A DNA stretch of 64,000 nucleotides. Source: Planctomycetota bacterium. Lineage in GTDB: Bacteria; Planctomycetota; UBA1135; UBA2386. Below the pieces are notes generated by a model that saw only the letters and a program-made list of their open reading frames with translations, was not told the origin of the DNA and searched no databases. The number at the start of each line of letters is the position of its first letter. Position 1 is the first letter of the stretch. Location of the stretch: assembly GCA_965228735.1 (NCBI GenBank), contig OZ245838.1:1984001-2048000 (forward strand), read 5' to 3'. A program made the position numbers and the translations under genes. Shown piece by piece: positions 1 to 9,763 of this stretch.

Positions 1-888
1 CGTCGCGCTGCCGCCGTAGAACGGCACGAGACCGGCCTGGCCTGCGAGGTCGGGCGCGTCGTCGTCATCGAGGATGTGGATCTCAGGGCTCATCTCCGGC
101 GCTCGCAGCGCGATCGCCTGGATGCTCGCCGCGATCGCGCCCGTCGAGATGACCGACGTCCAACCATCCGAGGCGAAGAACAGCGCCGCGTGGGTAGTCG
201 TGCCATCGTAGTAGATCGACTGTGCGGTGATGCCGTGACGAATCGTCGCGATCGTGTCGAACGTGGTGGCGTCCGTGGGAACTTCGCTCTGGTCGGCGAG
301 CAGGCGGTGCCAGGCAGCGCGGTGCGACTGCCCGAGACTGCTCGTCCAAAGCGGCGAGTCGGCGCGCCAGACCCGGCCGCTCCGCTCCATCCCCCCCGTC
401 GGGAACTCCGGGGACAGGATGGGCTGCCCCCACGTGAGGACCTCCGACGGCGCCGGAAGGCCGGAGCCGCCCGTCATCAGGCTGGCCATCTGCTGCACGG
501 TGTGCTTGCGATCGACAACGTGATCGAAGACCCCGGTGCCCGAAGCCGCTCCGTGCCAGAAGATCTGACTCAGCGTTCCCGAGTCGCCGGCGTCCAGGAA
601 ATACATCCAGTTGGACAGGCCCTCCGTATCGCGGACGTCGATGTTGAGAACGGGGTGGACCCACCCCCCCTCGTAGCCATCGACCCGAATGCGAAACTCA
701 GCCGTCTCGAACGGGAACTCGACCGAGGACCCCGACGCCGGCTCGAAGGCCAGACCCGGACCGAAGGCGATGCCGAGATCGACCGCAGCGTAGTCGGCTT
801 GCCCAACCTGCACGCCCTGTGCCGAGATGAGTGGCGCGAGGACAAGGGTCGAAAGAACGGTGAACGGACAGGCGAGTATCAGGCGCAT
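1..888 (-). CDS. Secreted hypothetical protein (partial, runs off the left edge)
   Basis: Read manually; it is absent from the ORF track because it has no stop in the window. ATG at 888 gives MRLILACPFTVLSTLVLAPLISA|QGVQ..., open to position 1, with a Sec signal peptide. Confidence 0.75.
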   Translation of the reverse strand, partial: MRLILACPFTVLSTLVLAPLISAQGVQVGQADYAAVDLGIAFGPGLAFEPASGSSVEFPFETAEFRIRVDGYEGGWVHPVLNIDVRDTEGLSNWMYFLDAGDSGTLSQIFWHGAASGTGVFDHVVDRKHTVQQMASLMTGGSGLPAPSEVLTWGQPILSPEFPTGGMERSGRVWRADSPLWTSSLGQSHRAAWHRLLADQSEVPTDATTFDTIATIRHGITAQSIYYDGTTTHAALFFASDGWTSVISTGAIAASIQAIALRAPEMSPEIHILDDDDAPDLAGQAGLVPFYGGSAT

Positions 889-1076
889 AGGTCTGTAGCA
901 GTGCGTAACGGCGAAGGAGCGAACGGCGACCAAACCGCGTGACGCCATTCCGGCGGCCCCGTCACGCCGATTCCGGGAATCTTACCGGGTCGCTCCGCCA
1001 AGACCCGAAGAACCTGCCAAACCTCGGCTTACATCCGCTCGTCGAACGGTATCCGCGACCGCACGGACACCCTGGA

Positions 1077-3584
1077 TCAGCGCCGAATGACGTTGCGGTC
1101 GACCGCCGTGAAGCCGCCACGCAGCGCCCCGGTCGTCTGCACGGCGACCCCCTGAACGTCGAACCGGACGCCGACGAACCCCGGATCCGCGGGCAGCGCG
1201 AACGCGACCGGCTGCCCCATCGAGACGACCGAGGGCGGCAGCGGCACGTTCGGGAAACCGAGCAGCGCGACGCCGAGACCGGGCACGAACAGGGTGCCGC
1301 CCGGCGACAGGCTGATCACGACGGCGCCGATGCCGCCGAGGCCTTGCAGGGTGAAGGTCGTCACGGTTCCGAGCCGCGGCTCCCCGCTGGCGGACATCGC
1401 GTAGGCCGCGCGCTCGAAGGCGCCCATGTCGGGTTGCACCGTGCCCGTCAGCGCATGGTCCTGGATGCGCGAGGTCTCGGCGTGATCCTTGCCGACGGCC
1501 AGCGCGGTCGCGAAGTCGGCGACGTCGAGACAGGGCGACGACGGCTGCAGCCGGACATCGCCCGCCGCCGCGTTCACGAACTGCGGCGCGACCGCGAGGT
1601 TGCCGTTCTGCCCGGCGAAGCCGCCGTTGGTGTGCCAGACGTCGGCCGCGACGAATGCCTGCAGGTTGCCACCCGCATTGTTCCAGGCGATCGAGTTTCG
1701 CACCTGACCCGTGCCGCCGCTGCTCTTCACGATGCCGAATCCGGAGCAGCCCGTCACGGTCGCGTGCCGCACGTCGACGGTCGCCGAGTGCAGCTGGATG
1801 CCGTCGGTGGCCGCGTCGATGACGACGAGGTTGTCGCAGGCGACGGCCCGCGAGAGCCGCAGACCGGCAGACCCAGAAGACTCGATGCGCACCTGCCGCA
1901 GTTCGTAGGTCGGAGACAGGCACTCGATCGCGTTGCTGCTGCGGCCCGCGAAGCGGACGCGCACGTTCTCGCACCGGCCGAGCGCACTCGTCGTCCCGCC
2001 GCCGAGCCAGAGGCGCTCCCAGTCACCGGCCGCCGGCTGCGTCGCGTTGCCATCGCCGTTGGTGTCGCCGCCGAACGCGTCGTCCCGCAGCGAGGTCAGC
2101 ACCACGGGCCGCCTGGCCGTGCCGAGCAGGTCGAGCCGACCGCCCGAGTTGACGCTGAAGCCGTTGTTGAAGTTGAAGTTGCTCCACTTCACGACGACCC
2201 CGGCGCCGATCTGCAACGCGCCGCCGTTGTTGATCGTCACGCGACCGGCGACCTCGATCACCTCACCCGGGAAGTTGCTCGGATCGATGGCGCTGACGTC
2301 GTTCACGAAGCCGCCATCGACGAGGAAGTGGTCGCCCGCGCCGTTGCCGCTCGCGGTGTTGCCGTGGCTCGCCGCGAGCTCGGTCCAGGCGACGCCGACG
2401 ACCGGCAACCCGGCGTTGTCCTGTAGCGCGCAGTCGACGAGCCGCGCCGGCGGGTTCGCCGTGTTGTTGAATTGCACGCCGTTGCCGATGCCGTGCTCCA
2501 CGACACAACCGGTGAACGTCGCCGACGAGCCCGACAGCGTCACCGCGGACGGACCGGCGGCGTACCGCACGAACGTGTGCGTGAACGTCGAGTCGTCCCC
2601 GGTCTGCAACTGGAGTCCCCACCAGTCGCCCGGCTGCGCGGTCACGGCGCTGCCGTTCTTCAGCGTGTCGCCGCCGAACATGTCGTCGTGGATCGAGGTC
2701 AGGACGACGGGCGATGCCGGCGTCCCCTGGGCATCGATCGTGCCGCCGTTCGAAGTGATGAGGCCGCTGCTGACCTCGTGCTTGATCACCGTGCCGGCCG
2801 GCAGCGTGAGCGTCACGCCGCTCGGCACCCGCGGCGAACGAGCGGAATTGATCGAGACGACGAACACGCCGTTGCCATTGATCGAGTACGCCGGGTCGAA
2901 CGTCAGATCCTGGGTGAGCTGCACCGCATCGGTGATGCGCGCGTAGTCACCGCGCGCACAGTTGACCGCCGTGTTGCCGGAGAACAGCGGCAGCCGTTTG
3001 AGGTCGAAAGCGTTCACCGGGATGCCCCCGAGATCCTCGAAGTGGCAGTCGATCACGGTCGCGCGGTGACCGCTGCCGATGCCGTCGTTCGCGGCATCGA
3101 AGAAATCGCAATCCCGGATCGTCGCCGGCTGGTGACGCAGCGCCAGCATCGGACGGTTGTTGGCGCCGCCCCAGCGGAAGTTGCAGTGCTCGAACTCGAC
3201 GGAGCCGAAGTTCTCGATGTCGTTCCAGTCGCCGGGTGACGGCACGGTGGCGCCGCCGTTGCCGTTGGTGTCGCCGCCCGCCGCGTCGTCGTGAACGGAC
3301 GTGAACTCGATCTCGCTGACGGCCGTACCGATCGCGCGCAGGGTGCCGGAGATGCTCACGCAGCCGTCGATCTTGACGATCGCGCCCGGCTGCACGGTGA
3401 GGACCTGGCCCAGCGGCACGCTGATGCCGCAGTGCCCGGCCCCGCCGACGACGTGGTAGACCAAACCCGACGCGAGCGGTCCACCGTTGCCGTCCCAGAT
3501 CGGACCATTGATCAGGATCGGAGTCTGGGCGAGCGCGGTGGCCGAGGCCAGCACGGGCAGGAGGCGCAGGATCAGGTGCTTCAT
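1077..3584 (-). CDS. Secreted right-handed beta-helix repeat protein with three GGDT(N/L)xxG-containing repeats and a C-terminal domain
   Basis: Start [20 protein letters not shown]. Motif TS(V/I/L)(H/R)DDxxGGDTxxxG...GDW occurs three times. Many parallel beta-helix-like segments and a PCLD...PDMGAFE closing motif. Confidence 0.8.
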   Translation of the reverse strand: MKHLILRLLPVLASATALAQTPILINGPIWDGNGGPLASGLVYHVVGGAGHCGISVPLGQVLTVQPGAIVKIDGCVSISGTLRAIGTAVSEIEFTSVHDDAAGGDTNGNGGATVPSPGDWNDIENFGSVEFEHCNFRWGGANNRPMLALRHQPATIRDCDFFDAANDGIGSGHRATVIDCHFEDLGGIPVNAFDLKRLPLFSGNTAVNCARGDYARITDAVQLTQDLTFDPAYSINGNGVFVVSINSARSPRVPSGVTLTLPAGTVIKHEVSSGLITSNGGTIDAQGTPASPVVLTSIHDDMFGGDTLKNGSAVTAQPGDWWGLQLQTGDDSTFTHTFVRYAAGPSAVTLSGSSATFTGCVVEHGIGNGVQFNNTANPPARLVDCALQDNAGLPVVGVAWTELAASHGNTASGNGAGDHFLVDGGFVNDVSAIDPSNFPGEVIEVAGRVTINNGGALQIGAGVVVKWSNFNFNNGFSVNSGGRLDLLGTARRPVVLTSLRDDAFGGDTNGDGNATQPAAGDWERLWLGGGTTSALGRCENVRVRFAGRSSNAIECLSPTYELRQVRIESSGSAGLRLSRAVACDNLVVIDAATDGIQLHSATVDVRHATVTGCSGFGIVKSSGGTGQVRNSIAWNNAGGNLQAFVAADVWHTNGGFAGQNGNLAVAPQFVNAAAGDVRLQPSSPCLDVADFATALAVGKDHAETSRIQDHALTGTVQPDMGAFERAAYAMSASGEPRLGTVTTFTLQGLGGIGAVVISLSPGGTLFVPGLGVALLGFPNVPLPPSVVSMGQPVAFALPADPGFVGVRFDVQGVAVQTTGALRGGFTAVDRNVIRR

Positions 3585-3735
3585 CTCGATTCGGCAGCGG
3601 CAGCAGGTCGCGGCAACCGCCATCTTTCCGCAAATGAGCCCAGACCGCTCGCTCCGCCGCCCCGCGCCGCCGCGGACCGCAACGATCGACCCGCCGAGCC
3701 GCATCCGGGCGTTCGGCCTGCTACCGTGGGCGGTC

Positions 3736-4557
3736 ATGCAGACCCCTTCCGCTGCAGTAGCTCGGCGCGCCGCCGCACTCGCCCTCGCGCTGCTGACCCT
3801 GACGGCGGCCGCATGCCACAGCGCCCCGGATTGCAAAAAGGTCGCGCTCCGGGTCATGGCCTACAACGTCAAGCACGGTCGCGGCATGGACGATGCGATC
3901 GACCTCGCTCGGATCGCCGCGGTGATCCGCACCGCAGCCCCCGACGTCGTCACGCTGCAGGAGATCGACAAACTCTGCGGCCGCAGCGGCGAGGTCGACC
4001 AGGCCGCGCGGCTCGCCGAGCTGTGTGGCGGCATGCATCATGCGTTCGGCGCGTTCATGGACTACGACGGCGGCGAGTACGGCATGGCGATCCTGTCGCG
4101 CTACCCGATCCGCCGGGCGACGAACGTGCGGCTGCCGCCCGGCGCCGAACCCCGCACCGCGCTCGAGGTCCGGATCATGGCCCCCGGCGAACGCGAGGTC
4201 ATCGTGACCGGCGTGCACCTCTACCGCACCGAGGCCGAGCGGCTCGCGCAGGCCGAGATGCTCGCCGATCTCTACGTCGACGCGAACGTGCCCGTCGTGC
4301 TCGCGGGCGACTTCAACTCACTTCCTGGCACCGCGGTCATGCAGCGGCTCGCCGCGGACTTCCGGATCGCGGAGAAGACCGGCGCGGCCGCGACGTTCCC
4401 CGCCGACGCGCCCGACCGCGAGATCGACTTCGTGCTCGCCGCGCCGCGCGATCGCGTCGTGATCGACGCGCACCACGTCGTCGCCGAGCCCGTGGCGTCC
4501 GACCATCGCCCGATCGTCGCCGATCTGACGCTCCTCGCCCCTGCGGCCGCTCGCTGA
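3736..4557 (+). CDS. Endonuclease/exonuclease/phosphatase (EEP) family lipoprotein
   Basis: Motifs [31 protein letters not shown] and SDHRP; lipobox-like TAAAC. Confidence 0.88.
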   Translation: MQTPSAAVARRAAALALALLTLTAAACHSAPDCKKVALRVMAYNVKHGRGMDDAIDLARIAAVIRTAAPDVVTLQEIDKLCGRSGEVDQAARLAELCGGMHHAFGAFMDYDGGEYGMAILSRYPIRRATNVRLPPGAEPRTALEVRIMAPGEREVIVTGVHLYRTEAERLAQAEMLADLYVDANVPVVLAGDFNSLPGTAVMQRLAADFRIAEKTGAAATFPADAPDREIDFVLAAPRDRVVIDAHHVVAEPVASDHRPIVADLTLLAPAAAR

Positions 4558-4585
4558 ACCGCCCTCGCCCCCGACCGTTCGCCCC

Positions 4586-6325
4586 GTGATGCCCCGATCC
4601 CGCACTGTCGCTCTCATCCTCTTCGCCGTTCTCGGACTCGGAACGAGCGCCACGGCGCAGCGACCCGCGCCCGTCGAACTGCCCCGCGTGCTCCGACTCG
4701 GCCCGATCCCGGCCGCGCTGCCGGTCATGATCCTGACCCGCGACGGCCGGCTCGCGAAGCCGTCGGGACAGGCCGAGAACCCGCCGGCGGTCCTGCTCCG
4801 CATCGACCGAGGCACGCCGCTGCGCGGGGTGACGAAGCTGCTGGCGAAACTCGCGAGCGGCGGCACCGGAACGGCCCACTTCGCGGCCGCCCTGCCCGAC
4901 GGGGCCGAAGGTTGTTTCACGCTCGCGCTGCCGGGCGAGGACGCCCAGGCCAACATCGCGGTCGATCTGCATCGCCGCCGCACGGGCGTACCGCCGACGA
5001 GCCTGACGCCGGTGCTGCGCCGGCTGCGCGAGTGGCGCGCCAAGGACCGGTTCCAGGTCGGCGTCAGCGCGCCGCCGGACTCGGAGTGGGGTGACGTGCT
5101 GGCCGTGCTCGCGGCCGTGGCCGCCGCGGGCGTCGAGAGCGCGCTCGTGCGAACGTCCGACACCGGCCCGGGTGGCCGGCGACCCGGCGAGGTCGACGGC
5201 GGCCTCGGCGCCCTCGCCGGCGCGCTCGGCGCCGATGCCGCGGATCCCGAAGCGGTGCGCACGAGCGGCGCGTTCGCGATCGACGTCGGGCCCGAACCGC
5301 GGCTCGTGATCAGCGCTCGCGCCGTGCCGCAGCCGCGGCCGGGAATCGGCGAACGAGCCGTTGGTTTCGTCGCGACGCCGACGTTCGTGCCCGGTCCGCC
5401 CGAGATTCGCGGCGGCGCGGGCGGGCGCTACGGCGGTCGCGGCGGCCGCGGCGGCCGGCGCGCGGGCTACGGGGAGAACATCGCGGCCGCGATCGGGTAT
5501 CTGATCGGTCAACAACTGGAGAACGGCGCGTTCCCCGGCCCGGACGGCACGGCCGACGTCGCGACGACCGCGCTCGTCCTGCTCACCCTGCTCGGCAACG
5601 GCAACACGATGATCAGCGGACCGCACCAGGCGCCGACTTCGCGCGCGGCCGGTTTCCTGCTCGAACGCCAGCAGGACGACGGCACGTTCCCGACGTCCCA
5701 CGCGGACTCGCATCTGGCCCACGCGCTGGCGACGTACGCGATGGCCGAGGCCTACGGCCTGTCCGCCCAGCCGCTGCTCGCGGGCAGCGTCCAGGCCGCG
5801 GTGAACCAGCTCGCCGACGCGCTCGATCCGGCCGGCGGGCTCGGCCCGGCGCCGGGCCGATCGCCGGATGTCCGCACGACCGCCTTGGCGCACGTCGCGA
5901 TCGGCTCGGCGCAGTTCTTCGCCATCGCCTCGCCGCGCGACCCGAAGGGCCTGGTGGCCTGGTTCGATCGCGTCGATTCGGCGACCGGGCCGGCCGGCGA
6001 CCTCGCGACCAGGCACTTCTGCCGGTTCTTCGGCGGCCAAGCGAAGACTGCGGCCACGACGAAGGCCGCAGAACGGGTCGCGGAGACCGCCGACGCGAGC
6101 CGGCCGTGGGACGCCTACTGGGCCACCTACATGTTGTTCCAGGTCGGTGGCGCGCCGTGGAAGGACTGGACGGAGAAGCTCGCCGAACTCGCGGGCCGGC
6201 AACTCGAACGCGGTGACGATGCCGGCAGCTGGCCCGCCGCCGACGGCGAGACCAGGATCACGACGACCGCGCTCCACACGCTCGCGCTGCAGGGGCTCTA
6301 CCGCTACACCCGGCTCGTCCGCTGA
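4586..6325 (+). CDS. Secreted protein with ExbD-like N-terminal segments and a C-terminal prenyltransferase/squalene-cyclase-like alpha/alpha toroid
   Basis: Signal peptide. QW-like repeats: YLIGQQLENGAF, FLLERQQDDGTF, RQ...AGSW and TTALxxLxL. Gly/Arg-rich linker. Confidence 0.65.
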   Translation: MMPRSRTVALILFAVLGLGTSATAQRPAPVELPRVLRLGPIPAALPVMILTRDGRLAKPSGQAENPPAVLLRIDRGTPLRGVTKLLAKLASGGTGTAHFAAALPDGAEGCFTLALPGEDAQANIAVDLHRRRTGVPPTSLTPVLRRLREWRAKDRFQVGVSAPPDSEWGDVLAVLAAVAAAGVESALVRTSDTGPGGRRPGEVDGGLGALAGALGADAADPEAVRTSGAFAIDVGPEPRLVISARAVPQPRPGIGERAVGFVATPTFVPGPPEIRGGAGGRYGGRGGRGGRRAGYGENIAAAIGYLIGQQLENGAFPGPDGTADVATTALVLLTLLGNGNTMISGPHQAPTSRAAGFLLERQQDDGTFPTSHADSHLAHALATYAMAEAYGLSAQPLLAGSVQAAVNQLADALDPAGGLGPAPGRSPDVRTTALAHVAIGSAQFFAIASPRDPKGLVAWFDRVDSATGPAGDLATRHFCRFFGGQAKTAATTKAAERVAETADASRPWDAYWATYMLFQVGGAPWKDWTEKLAELAGRQLERGDDAGSWPAADGETRITTTALHTLALQGLYRYTRLVR

Positions 6326-6503
6326 CCCAACGCGTTGCGGCTCGGCGATCGGGCCGGCGAAGCGAAGCGCTCGCGGTTTTCCACATTCGACGGCGGCGCT
6401 GATTTTTTTGCGTGCGCGGTGCAACGTCGCGACCTTCCCGGAGTAGTTAAGGTTGCGAGGACAGCACTGGTCCAAATACCAATCGCTATCTCGACAACAG
6501 CCC

Positions 6504-6833
6504 ATGTGCTGTCCTCGCCAACCTCCTTCCGCGGCTTCGAGTCGCAAATCAACCCCGCCGGAGAAGGACTGCCACAGCTGTGGCCGTCGCATCACCTGGC
6601 GCAAGAAGTGGGCGCGCTGCTGGGATCAGGTGCGCTACTGCAGTGATCGCTGCCGGCGGCAACGGAACGCCGACAACGCGACCGAACTCGAGACCGCGAT
6701 CCTTGTCCTGCTCGCAGAGCGGGCCCGCGCCGCGACGATCTGCCCCTCCGAGGTCGCGCGTCGCCAGCGCCCCGACGGCGACTGGCGCGTTCGACGAGAC
6801 GGCGAGCTACAACGGCCCGGTCATCGTGCGTGA
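6504..6833 (+). pseudogene. DUF2256-DUF3253 domain gene, 3'-truncated
   Basis: [33 protein letters not shown] (DUF2256), then LETAILVLL...TICPSEVAR...DWR (DUF3253 N-half). Homology stops abruptly at about 6788. Confidence 0.75.
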
Positions 6834-7191
6834 CATCCGCGTTCAGTCGCACTGCGAGCATCACATGGTGCCGTTCACGGGCATGGCCCACGTCGCGTAT
6901 CTGCCGCGCCACCGCGTCGTCGGACTCAGCAAGCTCGCCCGACTGGTGGAGGCGTTCGCCCGCCGCCTGCAGATCCAGGAACGACTGACGGCCCAGATCG
7001 CGAGCGCTCTCCAGAACGAACTCGACCCCCGCGGCGTTGCCGCGCTGGTGCGCGCCGAGCACCATTGCATGACGATGCGCGGCGTCCGCCACGAAGGCGC
7101 GGCGACGGTAACGACGCACGTGACGGGCGAACTCGTCGACGACGCCGCTCTGCGCACCGAGGTGTTCGCCGAACTCCGGCAGCGCGACTGA
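6790..7191 (+). pseudogene. folE: GTP cyclohydrolase I, 5'-truncated remnant
   Basis: [31 protein letters not shown] and HHCMTMRGV are present. There is no plausible start, and the N-terminal helical region (TPxRV motif) is missing. Confidence 0.82.
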
Positions 7192-7227
7192 GGCCACGCG
7201 ACCGAGGCGTTGCTACGAAGGCGCTAC

Positions 7228-7938
7228 TCAGCTCCAGATCGCCATCGCCAACCCGCGCGGGTCACGTGGCGGTCGCGCCGGCAGACAGATTGCTTCGCGA
7301 TGGAACATGCGACGCGCGGCCGCAGCGAGCACGAGCGCATCGAGCACGTCGTCGGGCGCGACCTCGGACCGCCGGTGGCTCGCGGCGGCAGCCCGAACCA
7401 CCGCGGCGACCGCGCGCGGCGGAAACACTCGCCGCAACACGGCCCGGCGCTCCGCGTGTCCCAGCGCCGAGCGCTTCCTGTGCCGCATGGGGCGCCCGGC
7501 CAGGCGGCAGAACGCGAGCTCGGGATGCACCTCCCGAACGCGCCGCTGCCGCGCCGGGGTGATCACGGCATCGACTTCGCGGATCTTCGGCAGCAGATGG
7601 AACACCTGCTTGGACAGACCTTCGCCGCGCACCTCGGCCCATTCGCGCGCGTGCAGCACGCGCCGCGGCGGGGTCGAGAAGACGCTGCTCTTGCGCGGCC
7701 CGAGCGCGGCGCGCGCGAGCCTTTCGCACTCCCGCCCGCCGACCCGGCGTACGGCCGGCAGTCCGATCGGCATGTCGACGGCGATGAACTTCGCCGCGGG
7801 ACGGAGCTCGAGCACGTCCGCGAACCGTTCGACGAGCATCCCCGACAAGCCGCATTCGGTGGGGTCACCGACCACCGTCGCGCGAACGACGAACCAGCCG
7901 GCCCGACAACCGTCGACACCGAGCACCGCCCTGCTCAT
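7228..7938 (-). CDS. DUF429 domain protein (predicted RNase H-like fold)
   Basis: Motifs VLGVDGCRAGW, AVDMPIGLP, EVHPELAF and DDVLDAL. Confidence 0.85.
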   Translation of the reverse strand: MSRAVLGVDGCRAGWFVVRATVVGDPTECGLSGMLVERFADVLELRPAAKFIAVDMPIGLPAVRRVGGRECERLARAALGPRKSSVFSTPPRRVLHAREWAEVRGEGLSKQVFHLLPKIREVDAVITPARQRRVREVHPELAFCRLAGRPMRHRKRSALGHAERRAVLRRVFPPRAVAAVVRAAAASHRRSEVAPDDVLDALVLAAAARRMFHREAICLPARPPRDPRGLAMAIWS

Positions 7939-8546
7939 GGCTCGAGCCAGTAGGACGCGCGCAGCTGCCCGCGTTCGAACTCGAAACCCGCTCGCACGTG
8001 GCCCTGACGCTGGACGCGCAGCACGTCGAATCTCCTGACGTGGCCGACGACGACCGCGAAGTTCGGCCGCCCGTGCTCGACCTCCTCGGCCTGCGGAGTC
8101 TCACCGCGCAAGTGCGCCGGCAAGTTCGGGCTCACGGTGTCACTCCGACTCGATGGCGGCGCCGGCGCGAGGTAACACCGGCGGCTGCCGAGCCCCACCG
8201 AGTTCCAGGCCGCGTCGAAGACGGCACCACCAGTGACGATCTCGGCGATCGCCTGCGCCCGAATCTGCAAACGCGTCGCGCTGTCGTGAAACGTGAACGC
8301 GATCTCGGGTCGCGCCGAGAGCTGCGCGACCTTCGGCGAACGACGGTCGGTGTGAAACACCAGTTCTCCAACCGAACGATCACATCGACGCAGCACCACG
8401 ACGCGGGCGGCCGGCTCCCCGGCCGCATCGACGGAGCTCGCGACCGGCCAGTGAAAACCGTGCTCGGGCCGCGCCACGGCCACCTCGAGCTGCGCCCACG
8501 CGTAGTCCAGAACCTCGTGCAGCGTCGTTGTCGCAGGGTCGAACAC
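7935..8546 (-). CDS. Pyridoxamine 5'-phosphate oxidase-like FMN-binding protein
   Basis: Motifs PAARVVVLR, FHTDRRSPKVAQL, LQIR and NFAVV. Its stop overlaps the DUF429 start. Confidence 0.85.
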   Translation of the reverse strand: MFDPATTTLHEVLDYAWAQLEVAVARPEHGFHWPVASSVDAAGEPAARVVVLRRCDRSVGELVFHTDRRSPKVAQLSARPEIAFTFHDSATRLQIRAQAIAEIVTGGAVFDAAWNSVGLGSRRCYLAPAPPSSRSDTVSPNLPAHLRGETPQAEEVEHGRPNFAVVVGHVRRFDVLRVQRQGHVRAGFEFERGQLRASYWLEP

Positions 8547-8665
8547 GGCCCGCGATCATGGCCGACCTTCGCGACGACCGCGAGGAAACAACGGGGTCGG
8601 CCGCGCGTTGGCACGAGGCACTTGCGTTCGGCGGCCGGACGGTCGATTCGAGCCCAGAGCCCCCA

Positions 8666-9550
8666 ATGCAGAATCAACCCATCCTCGACCTAAAGGACGA
8701 CCTCAGCCCCGCGCGCGCCGCGCTGCTCGCGCACCCGATCCACGCGGCGGTCGATTCGCTGCCCCGATTGCGGGCGTTCATGCCGATCCACGTGTTCGCC
8801 GTCTGGGACTTCATGGCGCTCGTGAAGCGCCTGCAGCGCGAGCTGACGTGCGTGACGGCGCCGTGGCTGCCGCCGAAGGACGCCGAGCTCGCGCGCTTCA
8901 TCAACGAGATCGTGCGCGACGAGGAATCCGACGTCGATCCGGACGGCAAGGCGTGCAGTCACTTCGAACTCTATCGCCGCGCCATGCGCGAGATCGGCGC
9001 CGATGACGGCAACGTGATGGCGTTCCTCGCGGCGCTCGAGCACGGCACGGCCGTGCCCGACGCGCTCGCCGCAGCGAACGTGGCGGAGCCGATCCGCGAG
9101 TTCGTGCAGTCGACGCTCACGATCGCGGAACGCGGCAGCCCGCTCGAGGTCGCGGCCTGCTTCCTGTTCGGTCGCGAGAACCTGATCCCCGCGATGTTCC
9201 GGGCGTTCCTCGACACAGCACCCGGCGACGACCTCGCCCGCTGCTTCCGCCACTACCTCGAGCGCCACATCGACCTCGACGGCGACCACCACTCGGTGCT
9301 CGCAGCGCGACTGGTCGACGCGTTCTGGCACGAGGCGGACGAGAACGAACGCGACGCGGCCATCGCCTCCGCGCGCGGCGCCATCACCGCCCGGGCCCGC
9401 CTCTGGGACTACGCCGTCGAACGCATCCGGGCGACCGATCCGACGACGAACGAGTCGCGCGACCCGATCGCGCGACCCGCAACGCCGACGCCGGCTCGAA
9501 CGCCAACCAAGCCGAAGACACCACTTGACGTCGATCCGGCCCAGGTCTAG
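8666..9550 (+). CDS. DUF3050 family protein (heme-oxygenase-like diiron fold)
   Basis: Motifs HVFAVWDFMALVKRLQ, INEIVRDEESD, SHFELY, FGRENLIP and YLERHIDLDGDHH. Confidence 0.88.
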   Translation: MQNQPILDLKDDLSPARAALLAHPIHAAVDSLPRLRAFMPIHVFAVWDFMALVKRLQRELTCVTAPWLPPKDAELARFINEIVRDEESDVDPDGKACSHFELYRRAMREIGADDGNVMAFLAALEHGTAVPDALAAANVAEPIREFVQSTLTIAERGSPLEVAACFLFGRENLIPAMFRAFLDTAPGDDLARCFRHYLERHIDLDGDHHSVLAARLVDAFWHEADENERDAAIASARGAITARARLWDYAVERIRATDPTTNESRDPIARPATPTPARTPTKPKTPLDVDPAQV

Positions 9551-9553
9551 CGT
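9525..9553 (+). promoter_or_regulatory. Sigma70-type promoter of the his operon
   Basis: TTGACG (9525-9530), 17 nt spacer, TAGCGT (9548-9553). The predicted TSS falls at the leader ATG (9561). Confidence 0.7.
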
Positions 9554-9560
9554 CCTCCTC

Positions 9561-9650
9561 ATGTCGTTCCCGCAGGTCCCGCAGACCAGCCAGCATCATC
9601 ATTGGCATGCTCACCACGCCCTCCGGGCTGGCGCGATCGCCGGTGTGTAG
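9561..9650 (+). CDS. hisL: his operon leader peptide (29 aa)
   Basis: MSFPQVPQTSQHHHWHAHHALRAGAIAGV*: six His codons within eight, directly upstream of a terminator and hisG. Confidence 0.88.
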   Translation: MSFPQVPQTSQHHHWHAHHALRAGAIAGV

Positions 9651-9680
9651 CTGCAGAACGACCAGCACCTCCTCCCGATC

Positions 9681-9715
9681 GAACGCCGGCCCTCGCGGTC
9701 GGCGTTTTCGGTTTT
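9681..9715 (+). terminator. his attenuator terminator
   Basis: Stem AACGCCGGCC (9682-9691) / GGTCGGCGTT (9697-9706), followed by TTCGGTTTT. The left arm can instead pair with 9625-9639 (antiterminator). Confidence 0.8.
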
Positions 9716-9763
9716 GACCGAGGACGCGGCCGCCGGACCGACCCCGACCACCCGACCGACCGC

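Noticed and set aside
6580..7191. 203-aa ORF as an intact FolE, or a programmed frameshift fusion
   Set aside because: The first ~70 aa are off-frame DUF2256/DUF3253 sequence, the conserved FolE N-terminus is absent, and I see no slippery site.
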